Shown one piece after another: positions 61,650 through 63,847 of a DNA stretch of 63,847 nucleotides. The stretch comes from Stylophora pistillata (Eukaryota), in contig NW_019217836.1 of NCBI RefSeq assembly GCF_002571385.2, forward strand, positions 854,913 to 918,759, given 5' to 3'. The notes beneath the pieces were generated by a model, which did not search any database, was not told where the DNA came from, and saw only the letters and a list, made by a program, of their open reading frames with translations. The translations under genes and the position numbers were made by a program. The first letter of the stretch is position 1; every line of letters starts with the position of its first letter.

Positions 61650-63847
61650 TCTTTCCTCTGTGAGAGGTCGTCGAAAAACTTTGTGAGTAGTTGAAGTTGC
61701 AACATTCGAACTACTGTCGATAGTTGATTCGAATTATAACTTTTTTGGACAACAGTAGTCAGAAACTTTTCTAATGATTTTTCTAAGCGAAATAGAAGAT
61801 TGAAGCCGCCGAGAGACGGAGCCACCTGATTTACATCATCCTGTTGGTCTAAGAGTCGGAAGACTAGATGACGAGAGAAAGAACTTCACAAGCATTTCCA
61901 CAGACTATAACAAGATTTAATTTGCAAAAGATGGTGCTTGGTTTACAGATCATTCTGAGGAATTGAAAGGATTCTCAGTTACTACTGAAAGTTTGGAATT
62001 AAATCGTTTCAACCAAAAGCTGAAATTTAACTACTGGTACCGACGAATAGTCATCAGACTACTCGGCTTTTGCCCATTCATAAAATACAGAGGCTATGAT
62101 TTATGTGTTAAGACCGAGAAGAACTCAAACATAGCCGGCTGTTGTTTCAAGGGGACCGATCGACATACTAAACACACAACTCCGTAAAATAAACACAATT
62201 TCATTCAAACTGGTATCCTGGTGAAGTCAATATCCTAATTCTAGGAGATGAACCCTTAAAATGAGCGAAAAAAGGCATTTTAACTAAGCCACACGCAGGC
62301 TTTAAGAAAGCAGAGATACAGTCTAGAACGGACATTCATTATGAAGAAAATCGCACCTACTGTCTTGTGCTGGCCATGGGGATCCTAGATCACTCGCGGA
62401 ATGGAAATACACTGTAGTAGAAAACTGAACGCGCGGTTTTAGAAAAACCAAACCTATCTGTGAAATGAAGAAAATTTCTTTTCCATCTCCGTTTATCCTC
62501 TCCGTTTTGATCCTGGGCGTTTGATAAGATTTTCCTTGAGAGGGCTCTTTAAAGTCCTCCTCTGAATTTTGCGATCTTGAATGTCCTGTTTGTCGGAATA
62601 AATTTTTGCGTTGGACGAGAGCGAAGGTTGTCATCGTTTTCGTAAGAACGAACCCGTTTTTCCGTTCGGATGAAATTGTTCAAGTCTCGAATTGTTCATC
62701 AAAATATCGGTATGTTTATGTTTCTTTTTCCTTCACAGGAGGTTGTCACATTACGATATAATTTTTCCCAGCTGCAATTTTTTGATGCACTGCTGGGCCT
62801 TTCTTAAGAGCAACTACAGACTCAATCAAAGCACCAAGAAAAATGTTGTTAAGAACAGTTTTTTTCTACCGGTTATCTCACTTGGCAGATGGATTGTTTA
62901 GTGAAATAGCGTCTTTGAATTTTGGTGCAATTACCGCGTAGTTCACCGTTACGTTTCCAACGAATGATGCGAATCGATTCAGAATCAGCTGGAATACTGA
63001 TATAAAGTAATTTAAAATTTTATTTTTCAGCCCTGAGGAAACGTTTAATTAGCCAGACCTTCCTAAGAGGACTCCGTTCAGTTTTGTTTACGCCCAAACT
63101 GCGTGTATCTGTTTCAGCGAAGATTGGCGGTTTTTATGGTACCTGTAATGCGGCCGATGCTGTTTCTTATTGTTTAAGTAAAATCTTTGGAGGGGGGATG
63201 TTTCGTTTGCTTCAATAGGATAAATCAAGCAATTTCATTGGCTTGAACGTCCATACAACGAAAAAACCCATTACTTAGAACGTTTGGGATACAAATATTT
63301 GCAAAAAGCGTGGCATGTTTTCTTTTCCTTCTCCTGAACCTCTCCTAAACACAACACAATGATATTTTTCCAAGTGATTGCAAATTGGAGTGATCGCCAA
63401 AGACCGGAAGTGTTCCTTCCCATTTTCTATTTCATACTATACTTGCTGGAGATTACACAATAAACAGAATTTTTTTGAGCTAATTGCTATTTTAATACTT
63501 CATTTTCTCGTGATTCACGGAACATTTGCCTGGAAATTGGCACATCTATTTATCATTGTGATTGTGGCCTGAGCTCTTCCTTGCAACTGAAGGCTTAGTA
63601 AATTCGCTGGATCGATATCTTTCAAAATTAATAGAAAACGTTTTGAATCTGTGATTTTTTTTTTAATCTTGTCTCTTGTATTTACTTTGTTGCTTTGATC
63701 TGATCAATCAGTTAATAGGTTTCTTATCTTCTTGATCCTGTATGAAAAGGAACTTATATTATTCTAGTTGAGGAAAGTTTTTGTAAATTTTTGAGCTAGA
63801 AAGACACCCCTATATTCGAGGATAGTACTGTTGAGGTTTCCTGTTTG

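Overview
Eukaryotic, intron-rich, AT-rich animal genomic DNA. The repeat content (Penelope-type hammerhead elements, a Crypton relic, TTAA MITEs) suggests a cnidarian, probably a scleractinian coral; this is inference. There are three N gaps (5545-5800, 36129-36732, 49642-50287). Genes were assembled by hand from GT-AG splice sites. They are: SND1/Tudor-SN (minus, 24 exons visible, runs off the left end), head-to-head with a 13-exon membrane-anchored PhoD-family phosphatase that carries an intronic tRNA-Gly(TCC); a 2-exon small secreted acidic prepropeptide gene; PHYH (4 exons); an intronless GT10 alpha-1,3-fucosyltransferase; a decayed tandem duplicate of the PHYH region; and a transglutaminase (minus). 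The most unusual element is a 247-bp tandemly repeated and dispersed unit with an internal tRNA-Thr-like core. It has hairpins with compensatory changes between copies and a stem that closes only across the unit junction. A second tRNA-cored family, three minimal hammerhead-like motifs and a Penelope GIY-YIG relic are also present. Together they suggest a retrozyme-like, possibly Penelope-mobilised structured-RNA retroelement system (hypothesis, untested).
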